DNA from: Rhizaria sp. SCN 62-66
Taxonomy: Eukaryota
Direction of reading: 5' to 3'
Assembly (NCBI GenBank): GCA_001724265.1
Contig: MEDY01000385.1
Span: forward strand, 1-51,269
Length of the DNA stretch: 51,269 bases
This document shows positions 32,651 to 45,740 of the stretch, piece by piece (the first letter of the stretch is position 1; each line of letters starts with the position of its first letter). The translations under genes and the position numbers were made by a program. The notes beneath the pieces were generated by a model that saw only the letters and a program-made list of their open reading frames with translations, did not search any database and was not told the DNA's origin.

Positions 32651-35600
32651 CGCTGACGAGAGTGCGGACGACGCCAAGAACGACAACGACACAGACTACA
32701 ACGATGATGACGACGTGAGTCTCTCGTCGACGCCGGCTAGCCCGCGTCCTCGCGCCTCCGCCCGCGGGCGCGCGGCAGTCGCGTCGCCGCCCACCTCGAG
32801 CTCCCCGGCCGCGGCCTCGCCCGCCACTACCCGCGGCGCGCGCGGCGTCGCCGCCGCTGCTGCTGCGGCTCCGAGCACGCCCTCGCGCTCCGCCAAGCGC
32901 TCAGCCCCGTCCCCTGCTCCGTCTGCGAGTGCTACCGCTGCTGCTGCTGCTGCTGGGGCTGGTGCGGGCGTGTCGACTCCCAGTAGCGGCCGCGGCTCCC
33001 GCGCGCCTGCCGTGCCCTCGCTGTCCCCCGCGCCCTCCAGCGCCACGGCCGCCCCGACAATGCGCCTGTCCGCGTTGGCCTCGGCCTTGCTCTCATCTTC
33101 CGCGGGCCGCGCGTCGGCGGTGGCGCAGGATTGGCTGCGGCGCTACCGGCGCTCGCGCGCGGCCGCGACGGCCGAGCTCATCACGGCGCTGACCCAGGCC
33201 ACCGGCGCGCTGCTCACGGTCACCGAGGCGCAGCTGCCGGCGCTCAATGCTGACCCAGCGCCCTTTCTCGCGCGCGTGACGGCGTGCGCGGATCGGCTGC
33301 CCGCGGGCGCCAGCGTCGGCGAGTCGCTCCCTGCGCGCGTGCGCTGCGTCGAGGTGCTCACGGAGATTATCGACGCCGCCAAAAGCGACCTGCTCTACGC
33401 CGGCAGCGGCGGCCCCGACTACAGCGGCGGCGGCGCGGGCAGTGTGACGCTCGGCGCCGACGACAGCGGCTGCCTGGGCCCGGTGGTGGACTGGCTGGTC
33501 ACGCTCTCGGCGTGCGAAACGCGCGTGGTCCGCTCGGGCGCCACAGCCGTCGCGCTCGAAGTCCTGCTCGAGCTCGCGCGCCGGGGCCAGTGGCTGGCGC
33601 GCCGCGCCCAGGACGCCCTCTCGCAGTCCCAGGCGCAGTCGCAGCGTCGCACCAGCAGCGGCGGCAGTCACGGTCAGACTGGGCCTGAGGCGGTGCTGTT
33701 GGCGCAGCTGGCGTCGCTCGACGGACTCATCGCGCGCGCCGCCGCCGTGTGTGTGCACCGCTACCGCGACGTTGACCCGTCGCTGCGCGCCGCCGCGCTG
33801 ACGGCGCTGGGCCGCGCGATGCTGGCCTACCCGCGCGTGATGCTCGTCGACGGCTACCTGCGCTATCTGGGTTGGGCGCTCAACGACACGCACGCCGCGC
33901 CCCGCGGCGCCGCGGCGCTCGCCGTGCTTGGGCTCTACCGCCGCGCCAACAACGCCCCCGGCGTCAACGCCAACGCGCATCGGGGCCACGATGACGACGA
34001 AAGCGAGAGCGAAGAGGAGCGGGAGGAGGAGCAGGGCGACGGGGTGAGCATGAAGTCCATGTCGATGTTCACGACGCGGTTCCTGGACCGCTTCTGCTCG
34101 CTGTGCCGCGACGTGGCGCCCGCGGTGGCGGCGACAGGCATCGCGATCATGACGGCGCTGCTCAAGGCCGACGCGCTGGACGAGAACGCGGGGTCGGACG
34201 TGCCGCTGTACCTCTGGGACGCCGAGCCCGCGGTCCGCGCCGCCGCCGCGTGCTTCCTGGCCGAGGACTCGTTCCCCGACACCGCCGTGCCCGCGGGCAC
34301 GCCGCCGCCCGCGGCCGCGCTCTCGGCTTCGGAGCCCTCGGCGGCGTCCTCGCAGAGCCAGTCGCTCGCCGGCACGGCGGCGACGATGACGGCGCTGAGC
34401 AAGGACGAGTGCACGCGCCGGCGCGAAGACCTTGCGCAGCTCATCAACGTCTTTCTCAAGTTCTCCCCGGCGGCCTCGGCGCGCCGCCCGCTGGCGCCCG
34501 CCGCGCTCCAGGTGCTCGCGGACACGATGGTCGACGCGCTGTGGGTCCACGTGCCCGCCGCGAGGGACTGGCGCCTCATGGCCGAGGCGCTCCTCGCCGG
34601 CGGCTGCATTGTCCGCCCTAACCCAAGCTCCGGCTCTTCTGCCGGCGCCAGCGCGAGTGCAAGTGGGAGCAACGTGCTTCGGTTCGAGGACCCTCAGCTG
34701 ACTGTGTGTTCGCTGCTGCTGCTGGCCGCGGTGCGGCGCACTGTTACCGCGCTCACTGCGGGCGCGCTCGACGACAACGGCTGCCCGCGCGACCTCTCCG
34801 CCGGCGCGGGCGTCACCGCGGGCGCCATGGCTGCCGCCGCGGCCGCGGTCGTCGGCGCCAACGCCAGCCGCCAGTCATCGTCGTCCTCTGCGTCCTCCGC
34901 TGTGGCCGCTGCGATGTCCGCCGCCGCGGCCGCGATGGCAACGGCGGCGCCGCTGACTGCCGCTGCGGCCGCCGCCGACGCCGCCAGCGCCGCCTCAACG
35001 GCGTCCTCGGCGGGCGCCGCCGCGGTGGCCGCCGCCACGGCCGCGGCGACGGCGGTGCCGCTGACGGTCGAGTATGTCGCCAGCTGCATCTTCCGCCGGC
35101 GCGCGGTGACGGCGGCGCTGCTGCCTGTGTTGCCGCGCCTGCTGCGCACCTTCCAGTCGGACGCGCCGCTGCTGGTGCCCGTCACGACGCTCTTCTCGGC
35201 CGTCGCGGCGGACGAGTTCACCACGCGCGGGCTCGCGGGCCTCCACGCCGAGCTACTCTCGTTGCTTAAGAGCGCGCTGCTGCGCGCCAACGACGCCGTC
35301 GTGCTGCGCCGCAGCGCGCTCGCGCTGCGCTCCCTCGCGCTCGCGCCCGACGCGCTCGGTGCCGCCGCGGCGGGGGCCGCGCGCGAGACGGTTGCGCTGC
35401 TCGCGGCCGCGCTCGTCGAGGCCGTCGGCGCTGCCGCGCGCGCCACTGCGGCCGCGGGCGCCGCGGGGGCAGGGTTTGGCGCCGCCGCGTCGTGGCAGGC
35501 CGCCGACGAGACGGCCACCGCGGTCGCCGCCGCCGTCGCGCGCATCGAGGCGCTGCTCGTGACGCTCGGCGACGTCGTTTGCGGCGACTCGATCGTCCAC

Positions 35601-37976
35601 GAGGCCGTCAAACAGGCGCTCGCCGCAGCGCTGGGCACCGCCGAGCCCGCGCAGGCCCAGTCCGACGCCAGCTCGAGCTCCAGCGCCAGAGTGAGCGCCT
35701 ATAGTGATCGGACGGGGGTTCCGGCGTGGGCGCAGTCGGGCGCGGTCGTGCGCTCGCTGTTGCGGTCGCAGCACGCGATCTTCACGCACGCGCTCGAGGC
35801 GGCCCGCGTGGCCATCACTGCGCACGCGGGCTTCGCGCTCGCAAGCAGCAACCGTGCGAACATGAACGATGACGACAACGACGACGACGGCAGCGAAGGG
35901 GAGGAGGAAGAGGAGAGTGACAGCGAAGCGCAGCACAAGAGTAAGAAGTCTCGTCTCGGCAGCACGACCAAAAAGACTTCCTCCAGCGCCAGCGCCAGCG
36001 CCAGCGCCGGTGTCGGCGCCAGTGCGAGTGTCGACGTGACTGCGCTGCCTGCCTCGGCTGCGGCGAGCGTGAGCTTCCTGCGCCAGTGGCGCGCGCAAGC
36101 CGTGCTGTCTCTGCTGCGCGCCAGCTCCATGTTCCGCTCGCCGCTCACCGCTCACTCCGCGGGCTCCGGCGGCGCCCGCGGCAATGGCGGCCAGCAGCGC
36201 TTCCTGTCGCGCCGCACGCGCACGCTCGCGGTGGTGCTGCTGTGCGAGATCCTCACGCAGTCGTCGCCCGCGCTGTCCACGGGCCCCGCGGCCGCGCTGG
36301 TCGGCGTGCTGCCGCGCCGCCACGCCGCCGCCGTGTCCGACTCGGCCGTCGCGCTGCTGGCCGAGTACGCGCGCCGCGCCGCCGCCCTGCGTGCGATGCA
36401 GCTGCAGCACGGCGGCGCGGACACCGACCCCGAGCAGACGCAGGCGCAGGCGCTGGTGCTGCTGTCCTCTGCGGCCGCCAACGCCGCGGTGGACGCGGCG
36501 ACTGCGGACGACACGGACGGCGAGGACGAGGCCGAGGACATGAGTGAGACGATGCCGGAACCCACCTCGAGCAGCAGCGCCGCTGCGGGCGCCGACGGCA
36601 GCAGCGACGACGGTGGCAGCGACTCCGCAGCTTCAGTGACTGCGGCCGCGGGCGGCAGCGGCGCGGTGGGCAGCAGCGGCGCGCTGCAGCTGCTGGTCGC
36701 GCTGGCCAAGGTTGCGGTTTACTGCCCGCGCGAGACGGCCCCCGGCGCAGTGGCGGCGGTGATGATCCACCTGGGCCAGCTGGGTCCCGCGGGCGACGCC
36801 GTCGTCAAGCACGTCGCGCGCACCCTCCGCGGACGCCCCGGCGGCAACGAGTACCTGCTCGAGTCGATCGCGGTCGCGCTCGTCGATCTCGTCCGCGCCG
36901 CGCAGCGCGACGACTACAAGCCCGTCGAGGCCCTCGCGGCACGGCTCGTGCTGCTCTTCCCCATCCGCACGTCGCAGCGCACGTTCCAGCCGCTGCTCGA
37001 CCGCGCCATCCCGCTTGCCGTCGCAGACGCGCCCTCGCTGCTCCCGCTACTGCTCCCGCTGCGGCCCTTCATCCAGCGCGCCTCGCACGCCGACCTGCAG
37101 CGCGCTGCGCTGGTCCTAGCGTTTAAGGCGCGCGAGCTCGGTCTGGCGCGCGCGCGCGAGGCGTCGGTGCGCGAGGACCCCGCGATGGCGGCGGCATGGG
37201 CGCCCCTTGAGGAGATGCGCCAGCTGCTCGCGCGCAAGCAACACGTCATCTCGTCCGACGTCCTGCCGCCCGCTCCGCTCGCCGCAGCCGCAGCCTCTGC
37301 CGCCGCCGCCTCTGCTGCTGCTGCTGCTGCTGCGAGCGCGACTGAGGGCAAGCGCGCCGCCGGTGGTGCGAAGGGCAAGACGCCCGCGAAGGCGGCCGGC
37401 GGCGGCAACGTCGTGCTCGGCATGGGCACCAGTCTGCTCGGCGCGGCGGGGGCGCGTGCCGCGAACCAACGCATTCGCGAAGCCGCCGCGGCCGCCGCCG
37501 CCGCGTCGTCGTCGTCATCGCGCCGGAGCAGCGGCCGCAGCCGTCTCGACGACGGCGACGAGGAGGAGATTGAGGAGGAGGACGAGGGGCTGCCCACGGT
37601 CAGCTGGGGGCTTGACGGCAGTGACGACGACGACACTTACACCACCGTCAACACCTCCTCGAACAACAGCGCCAGCGGGCGCCGTCGCAGTAGTCCCGGC
37701 TCTGCGGGCGCGCGCGCGAGTCAGGGGACCCGCCGCGCGTCTCGCGGCGAGGACGCTGACTTCGGCGAGGGCGAGCTGTTCAACATCAGCGAGGACGAGG
37801 ACTTCAGCTCGACCTTCTCCTCGCCCGGCAACAGTGGCAGCGGCGCTGCCGCGCTGTCGCCGATCCGCGCTCCCGCCTCGGTCCTCTCGCGGCCGAAGCA
37901 GCAGCAGAGCATTGCCAACGCGACGGTCTCGCGCGGCCGGCGCAGCGCGGGGCGCGCGACGGAGGAGAAGGATTGA
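32376..37976 (+). CDS. SCC3: Cohesin subunit SA/STAG/Scc3
   Basis: 1866-aa ORF ending in TGA. It has the STAG-domain segment DWLVTLSACETRVVRSGATAVAL and the stromalin conservative domain VHRYRDVDPSLRAAALTALGRAMLAYPRVMLVDGYLRYLGWALND, followed by FTTRFLDRF..L.RDV. Both termini are disordered and acidic. Confidence 0.92.
32607..32648 (+). repeat. (GAC)n microsatellite encoding 14 Asp
   Basis: GAT followed by 13 GAC codons, in frame in the STAG N-terminus. Confidence 0.95.
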
Positions 37977-38274
37977 GCGCGAGGTTATCATGTTGTAACA
38001 CCAGTGTGCGTGAGGTAAAGCTAAGATGGTCAGAAAGCACAATGCTACTTGTTTGTAGACGAGAATAACTGACTGCTATTGCTATGAAAACGACTATGTA
38101 TGTGTGTATGTTTAGTGGTCCTTTGATGGCCATGTGATGAAGTGTAAACATTGATATCATTAGGAATATAGAAATAATGAATACACAAACGAATAATAAC
38201 TGTTCTTAACTCAACACTCACAAGTGCACTAAAGGCTCACTGATGAGCTCATTGTTAACAAAGCTCCGAATCGC

Positions 38275-40654
38275 TCAAGTCCACACACGTGCAGTGCCGT
38301 CCTGCGCAGTAGTGGCGAGCGCAGAGTGGAACGGGTGTGGCGCCAGACACAGCGACTCCTACACGAACAAAGCGAAAACAAAAAAGAAAGGTAACATCCG
38401 TCATGAATCTTAAACACAATCTAAACATAGTTTAAAGAACACCAAACGAACATAGTAACCACTCCGTACCTTGTTGTGCGCCTTGAACGCGGCGGCCGTA
38501 ACCGCGGTGTCGATGTCGAAGCAGTAGACGACGGCGTCGGCGGCGAGCGCGTACACAAAGCGCCCCTTGGCGCTGACGCAGCCGTGCGTGAACTCGGGTG
38601 CGGGCGCGGGCTTGTCCGACCGCGCGAGCGCGGGCGTGAAGACCTGCAGCACCGAGTGTGAGACCGTGGAGACGAGCGCGGCCGCGCCGCCGCGGAGCGT
38701 GACGTAGAGCGTGTCGGGCCGCTGCGGCACGCGCTGACACGCAGTCACCGCCGAGTCCGCCAGGCCGGCGCGCGCGGGCGCGTTCGGGTGCGCCTGCGCG
38801 TACGCGGCCGCGGCGCGCTCGCCGGGGACAACGGTGGCAATGCACTCGCCGGAGGGGAGCGCCCAGGTCTTGAGGGAGCCGTCCGTGGAGGTGGTGTGGG
38901 CGCGGGAGCCATCAACGGAGAACACAGCCGCAGTCAAGAAAGACTATAGCAAACAATAAAAACAAGAGAGATCATCGCAAAAACAAATGAATTTAATAAA
39001 TATAAACTATATTTAGCGATATATAAATTTAATATATTGAGAAAGTTATGTTTAGCCAAGAGATATAACGTACCTTGTGTCCGCGGAGCTCCGTGATGAC
39101 GGAGCCGGAGCGCAGTCCCAGAACCTTTGCAACGCCGTCGTGCCCAGCCGTGAGCACCTGCGAGCAGTCAGGCGCAAACGCAAGCCCGACCACGGGACCC
39201 GTGTGCGCGGCGGGGAACTTGCGGAGCACTTCGCCGGTGTAGTAGCGCCACACCTTGACGTCTCCGGCGACCGAGGCCGAGGCGAGGAGCTCGCCGTCGG
39301 CGCTGAAGGCGAGGGCCGAGATGGCGTCATCGTGCAGCAGCAGCTCGTCCGCAGCCTGGTATGGCAGCTCCGTGGCCAGCGCGCCCGTGGTCCAGTCCCA
39401 CGACTCGATAAAGCCGTCAGAAGAACCCGTGACCAGGAGTGCGCCGTTGGGCGTGAACGTGCACACCTCGGCGTTCGTGCCGCTGCCGGCGGCGCCGAGG
39501 CGCAGCGAGCGCGCCAGCGCGGCGACAGGGCGCTCCTCGCTCGCGGCGGCAAAGACGGGGAGGCCAGTCAGCAGGTCGAAGCGGCTGCCGAGGATGTCAC
39601 GCGTACCCGCAGCATCCTGCTCATTCCCGTTACCCGTGCTACCGCTGCTTGCGCTGTTGTTGCTGCTATTGCCCGTGTTGGCGAAGGCCGCGGCGGGGAG
39701 ACGGCCGGTGTGCGCCTGCCACTTGAGCGCGTCTGTCAGCAGCGCAAGCAGGCGCCCGGGCGGCGCCGCGGTGAGCGAGTCGCGCATCTGCGCCGCGATG
39801 GCGTTGCGCTTGCGCTCCTTGCTCCAGCCGGGCGCGTAGGCCTCAGCCGCCGAGAACTCGTTGCGCTGCAGCAGCCGCTCAAGCCGCGCGTAGCGGTCGG
39901 GCGCCTCGGTGCGCAGCAGCTGGAGCGGGGCGGCGGCGCGCAGCAGCGCGCGCGCGGCGTCGATTTCGCGCGCCTCGGCCAGCTCGACCACGATCTGCTC
40001 GAACAGATCAAACAGACGCAGCGCGGGCAGCGCGACGTTAGCGCAGGTGGAGAGAACAGTGTCCCAGCGGCCGTGGACAATGTCATCGCTAAGGCGGGAC
40101 GGGGAGTCGACGACGTTCAGGGCGACGCCGGACTCTTCCTAAAGAAGTTGTGCGTGAGGGGAAGTTTAGGAATTTTTGAGAGAGGATAGAGCGGAAATAT
40201 TAAATGTGTTCATATAAACAAGAATACTCGCTACATATGGAGTAATATAATATAATATAACGAGAATCTAGTCCTCATAGTGCTCACATGAGAGAACTAT
40301 GTGCGTAAGATATGAATTGGAAGCACTATGCAACCAACGGACCTGAAGCGTGCGGAGCGACTTAGTGAGGTTGTGCTCGAGCAAGAATTGCTCGATAACG
40401 CGCAACACGTCCGAGGAGTCAACCTCAACGGGCTGCGTCACAGCTGCGAGTGTGGATAGGGGTGACTGAGTCGTGGCAGTCTCAGAAGACGCTGAGGCTG
40501 TGACAGCAGGAGCAGCTGCGGCGGAGGCTGGGGCGTAGGGGTTCGCTGTGCCTGTGCTAGCGACAACAGCCTCACCCTGCGCCGCGGAGCCCGCGGCGGG
40601 CGCCGAGTGCGGGTTAAAGTGAAGCTGAATCTTGAACGGGTGGCTCTGACTCAT
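38275..40654 (-). CDS. SMU1: Spliceosomal LisH/CTLH/WD40 protein SMU1, ~644 aa
   Basis: Exons 40654-40343, 40138-39074, 38943-38470 and 38358-38275 (all phase 0, GT-AG), ending in TGA. Motifs: EVDSSDVLRVIEQFLLEHNLTKSLRTLQEESGVALNVVDS, GRWDTVL, LFEQIVVELAEARE, PPGRLLALLTDALKWQ, LVTGSSDGFIESWD, LPYQAAD, ELRGHKSFL, HPFHSALATTAQDGTARVW. Confidence 0.95.
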
Positions 40655-41141
40655 TCAAGATGCTGCGTACACAGGACAAAGACACGCAACCGCATCAAAC
40701 CGTTGGCGATGAGAGAAAAGTGCGCAAGACAAGGATTGAGGAGGAATATCAGTGAGTTAGATAAAGTTGTTCATTGAACATAAACTTTCAAACCACTCTA
40801 GTGCATATCAATCGGTATCATTTGGTTGCAATCAAGTTAAGTGCTTCAAATCCTTAGAAGTCTGTAAAGTTGGGGACAGGTTGACCGAGGGCCAAGCTGT
40901 CGCCTCACGGTTGAGGTGAGATGACGGCCTTAAAAGTGGCATATTCAAGTGTGAATAGTACAAACATAAATTTTCCATAGCATTCTTATTGAAACCCACA
41001 AGTAAAATGCAATAGTTTGACATAATGCGGTCAGAAAACAGAATTTGATGTGAGGGCAACTCGGCACAAAGCCGGAGATGAGCAGTGGTGAGAGAAAAGC
41101 TGTTCTTTTGCCAAGTTCTCCGACTCGTTGCAGACGTCAGA

Positions 41142-44100
41142 ATGCAACCCAAAACTGGCGAGCGGGTGGAACCCAATGGATTCTCGGTACGTACTTTATT
41201 ATACTTTGCGAAACGCGATCTGTCACCCGAAAATCTAGCTGAGCTTCATTTCGTCGGCCTTGCGCGCGCTCACTCCTTGTTTCGTCGCTTCAATCCATGT
41301 ATACCCTTCGTAGGCGCCTCTGGTGACGAACTACACAGCTCCTCTAGAGCGAACCGTACTTGACCTCTCCCGGCGTGCAAACCAGCGCGCCATCGATGAC
41401 GTTATTCGCCACCGCATTGCAACCCAAGACATCTACAAACGTGACGGCAAGCGCCACGCGTCTGCTGTCGCCCCCAACGGTCGTCCCGGTCGCGCCGGTG
41501 GCCATGGCCTCGGTGCAGGCGGCGCGGGTGGCTCAGGCGCAAGCGGTAAGTCTCTCAGTCCTCTTTCGCCCTTTCCTATTTGCTCTTTACCCTACCTGTG
41601 ACTCCTGACGTCGCTTGCTTTCACTGGCACCTACTTAAACGCACTCACCTATGCACTTCGTTTCTCTGTGTCTCTCTCACTTCCTTGTGTTCCACCGCTT
41701 CAGGTGAGCGCGGCGCTGACGGCGCACCCGGCCGCGACGGCCTAGACGCGGGCGACACTATGGTGTACGTGTCCTCATCCGGCGGCGACGACGTCACGCT
41801 CTGGCGCAGCGATAACCAGTCCACGACGCAAATCGCCGTCTCGGACCCGGGTTTTGTCTTCGTCGACGCGCGCGGCGGCGACGGCGCGCTGGGCCAGAAG
41901 GGCGGCCGCGGCGGCGACGGTGGCCACGGCGGCAGCGGCGCCCGCGGTCGCCAGGGTTCCTCCTCCTCCTCCGGCCCCGGCGGCCGCGGCGGCCCGGGCG
42001 GCCGCGGCGGCAACGGCGGGCGCGGCGGCGACGGTGGCCGCGGCGGCGACGGCGGCAACGGCGGCCGCGGCGGCAACACGGTTATCTCCGTTGACGAGAA
42101 CCAGCTGGCGCTGATGTGGCTGCTCGAGGCCGACTGTCGCCAAGGCTTCGGCGCCTTCGCGGGCATCGGTGGCGACCCCGGCAACGGCGGCTCGGGCGGC
42201 TCCGGCGGCTCCGGCGGCTCCGGTGGTGCCGGCGGCCGCAGCGGCAAGCGGCACTACTCGCGCGGCTCCTCAGGCTCCACGGGCCCCAGCGGCGTCCGCG
42301 GCGGCAACGGGCGCGAGGGCGAGCGCGGCCGCGACGGCCATGACGGTGCGCCCGGCAGCGTCTTCTGGCAGGTCACGCGCGGCGGCTCCGTCGTCGGCTC
42401 CGCCAAGGACCGGTTTAACGCGTCCGTCGAGAGCTTCACCATCTACGACGACAACGGCGACGGCGTGTTCGAGCCCGGATCCGAGATTTATATCCGCGAC
42501 ACGGTGTGGCGCAACGTCGGCCAGCTGCCCTTCCCGGCGGGCGCCGTGGTGACCTTCTCGCCCGACGAGGCCGACGCGACCGTGAGCGACCAGAGCTACG
42601 CCATCTCGCCCCTGGTGCAGGCCGGCGAGCGGTGCGAGGTGCCGCACCAGTTCTGCATGCGTCTGCTCGACGCCGGGGACCCCAGCCACAACGCGCCGTA
42701 CCGCCGCACCGTGCACGTCAACTCGCGCGTCGCGCTGCTCAACCGGCCGTTCCCGCAGGCCGCGGTCAAGTCCGCGCCCATCACGGTCGAGTGGCCCGTG
42801 CGCGTGGAGGAGATCATCGGGCTCAACTGGCTCGGCGCCGGCGAGACGACGCGCGTGACGGTGCGTGTGCGCAACGTGTCGAACCGCGTCTACGGCGGCA
42901 GCGCGGCGCAGAGCGACGCCACAGCCGGCAAGGTCGAGCTGCGGCTGTCGGTGGACCCCATGCTGTACCTCCTACCCACGGACCCCGCGACGCTAGCGCA
43001 GGGACAGACCGCGGCCTACACGATCGAGGGCGAGGCGCACGCGGCGTCCATCGTGCTGCCGGAGATCCCCGCCGCCGGCACCGTCGACGTCGTGATCACC
43101 GTGTACATGGGCTCCGAGGCCGGCGGCAAGCTCTTTTGCAAGCTCCCGCTGCGCTACGACCTGCTGCTACGCGACCGCTGCATCGAGTACTACTCGCGCA
43201 CGATCCGCGTCACGCCCATCTTCGTCGCGAACACGGCCTCGGACGCCGTGCTCGTCACCTGCGACAAGCTCTCGCGCAACACCTTCCTGGCGTGGTCCTA
43301 CCTGTTCCAGATGCTCGGCATCTCGGTCCAGTTCTGGGACATCCAGCGCTACAACGGCTTCTCCGCGCCCGACGTGACCTGGGTGGGCACCACGCGTCTG
43401 CTCGTTGTCGCGTCCTACGTCCTTGACGGCGTGCCCAGCGAGAACCCGCCGTCGTTCGCGTCCTCACTCTCGGCGCCCGCGTTCGGCAACATCGGCATGT
43501 CGGGCAGCAGCTTCAACCCCAACGGCGCGCGCGAGGTCGTCGACTACCTGCGCTTCGCCGAGTTCACACAGCACATGCAGGGCCACGTCGAGACCGACGG
43601 CGCGCGCGCGTGCCCCGACGCCTTCCCGAACCGCGCCAAGAAGGGCGGCGGCCCCGACCAGGCCTTCGTGCTGCTTGGCGGGTGCCCCGACAAGGCCTTC
43701 ACGCGGCTCATGTACGATCTGAACCAGCCCGTGCAGGGCAACCTCGGCGCCGACCGCGACTCGATCTCGCGCCCCGTCAAGGTCGGCTATCTCGGCGCCG
43801 GCAAGAAGGCCCAGATCAACGACACCACCACTGCGCAGGTGCTCACGCAATCGACCTCCGCCCCCGCCCTGGGCCCCGGCTTGGGCGCGAACGGCGCCGA
43901 GACCGGCAGCACGAGCGCTGCCGGCGAACACGGCGTTCTGACCTCCCCCAGCGGCTACGGCGCGCGCGTGTGGCCGGAGCCGTCCTCGGCCTCGGCGTCA
44001 TCTGCGCCCCCGCTGGCGACCCCGCTGCCGAGCCCGCTGCCGCGCCGCGGCTCTGTGACGCTGACCGAGGACGACGGCCACAAGACCGAGTTCCGCGTCT

Positions 44101-45740
44101 CTGCGGGCGGCGAGTGCACGTATCTCTGCGCGCTGTGCTGCGACAGCTGCTCGGACGACCCCGCGGTGGCGATGGAGCTGCTGCAACGCAAGATCCACAA
44201 GGAGGACCCGTCGCGCGTGCACCTGATCGTGCACAAGGAGCGCATGGCGGACCGCGTGCTCGAGGTCGAGTGGTGCTCTTCGCAGTCGTGTCCGCTTAAC
44301 GTGCATCCGTGCCTCTACACGCGCTCCGCCCCCGTGGCGGCCGTGCCAGACGAGTGCATTGACTCGGGTTGGCTGCCCTATACTTTCGACGGCACCACGT
44401 TCACGGCCAAGCAGGAGCCCTGGCAGCCGAGTCCGTTTATGGACGCCTTTATTGCCATCTACCACACGCTGCCGATTGAACACCGCATCATGACCCTGGC
44501 CAACAACTACCTGGCGCGGCTTAAGTTCGCGCTGCCGAGTTGCGGCGTTGTCGGCATGAACGCTATCGCGCTGGCCTCGCTTATGCGCACCGTCAAGGCC
44601 GAGCACGACACGCGCGACACAGCGCTGCCGCTGGCGAACCGACTCGTGACGGCGTGCCTCGAGCACCCCGACTGGGTCAAGGCCGACATCCACCTCGTCG
44701 TCTCGGCGCTGCGCGGGCCCGGCATCGACCTGGGCTCTGACGCCGGCGAGAAGCTCGAGGCGCTGTCGGAGAAGCTGGCGGGCTTCTTCGAGGGCCGCAT
44801 TGGCTCTACCAAGAGCAACATTCTGCTGCACTCGCGGTACATCCGCCCGGCGCCGATGCTGTGCGGCGACGACCGCCAGTACGAGGAGATCATGGCGCTG
44901 TCGCCCTGCTTCGCGCTGTTGTGGTCGCCGTGCGAGGACACGCACCCACGCGGCCGCTTCGCGCGCTCCTCCGAGTTTTCGCTCAACGCCAAGCTGGGCG
45001 TCAACGTGCGCGTGTACGAGCCGCGCCACGCTGACGAGCAAGCCACGTCGTGGTACTTCGCCGACTCTTACGCCATCCAGCGCCTGCAGACGCGCCAGGC
45101 GCGTGAGGCCGCCGCGGCCGCTGCTGCTGCCGGCGCTAGCGACCCGCGCGCAGCCTTTTTCGCGAACCCGAGAGGCGGGCGTACGATCGGCCCCGCGGCG
45201 GTGGCTGGCGCTGCTGCGGCGGCGGGCCAGTGGCAGAACTACGCGCCGCCGGCCCCGCGGTGGGCGGAGGCGTTGCCCGACGGCACGGTGCTCATGGAGG
45301 CGCCGCCGCCGCCGCCCGACGAGATCATCTTCGCGTCTGTGGAGCTGTCTGCGCCACCGCCGTTCGAGTCGCAGGTGTCGATGCTGGAGCTAAAGGCGGG
45401 CCCGCCGAGTTACGAGGCGATCGACACGTCGGCCGTCATGGCCGCGGGCGGCGTCGCGGCCGCCTCTGCGCAGCTCAGCACGCAGGCGATGGGCCAGATG
45501 AGCACCGAAGCGCTGGCCGAGGCCGCGCGCGCGGCGAGCTCTGCGCCCGTGGATAGAGATGAGCTCGAGCGGCAGAAGAAGAGCCGCTTCGGGCAGCAGA
45601 TGCAGGACATCGAGGGCACGGAGAACCACCCCGAATCGCCGGTGGGCGAGTACGATGGCGAAGTCGATGACAACAACCATCACAATGACAACGGTGACGA
45701 TAACCACGACGACGGCGGTGATGGCGGCCAGGATGAGTAA
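41142..45740 (+). CDS. Uncharacterised ~1,437-aa protein: Gly-X-X repeat N-terminus, probable beta-sandwich domains, C-terminal PPxY motif
   Basis: Exons 41142-41186, 41314-41545 and 41704-45740 (GTACGT and GTAAGT donors, phases consistent), ending in TAA. Blocks such as GGRGGPGGRGGNGGRGGDGG and GREGERGRDGHDGAPG are followed by YDDNGDGVFEPG and beta-rich segments (TRVTVRVRNVS). No signal peptide is evident. Confidence 0.85.

Noticed and set aside
41700-42360. Mycobacterial PE-PGRS or true collagen assignment for the Gly-rich gene
   Set aside because: There is no PE domain or signal peptide, the Gly-X-X runs are short and Pro-poor, and the gene has spliceosomal introns and host-like codon usage. 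The similarity is compositional only.
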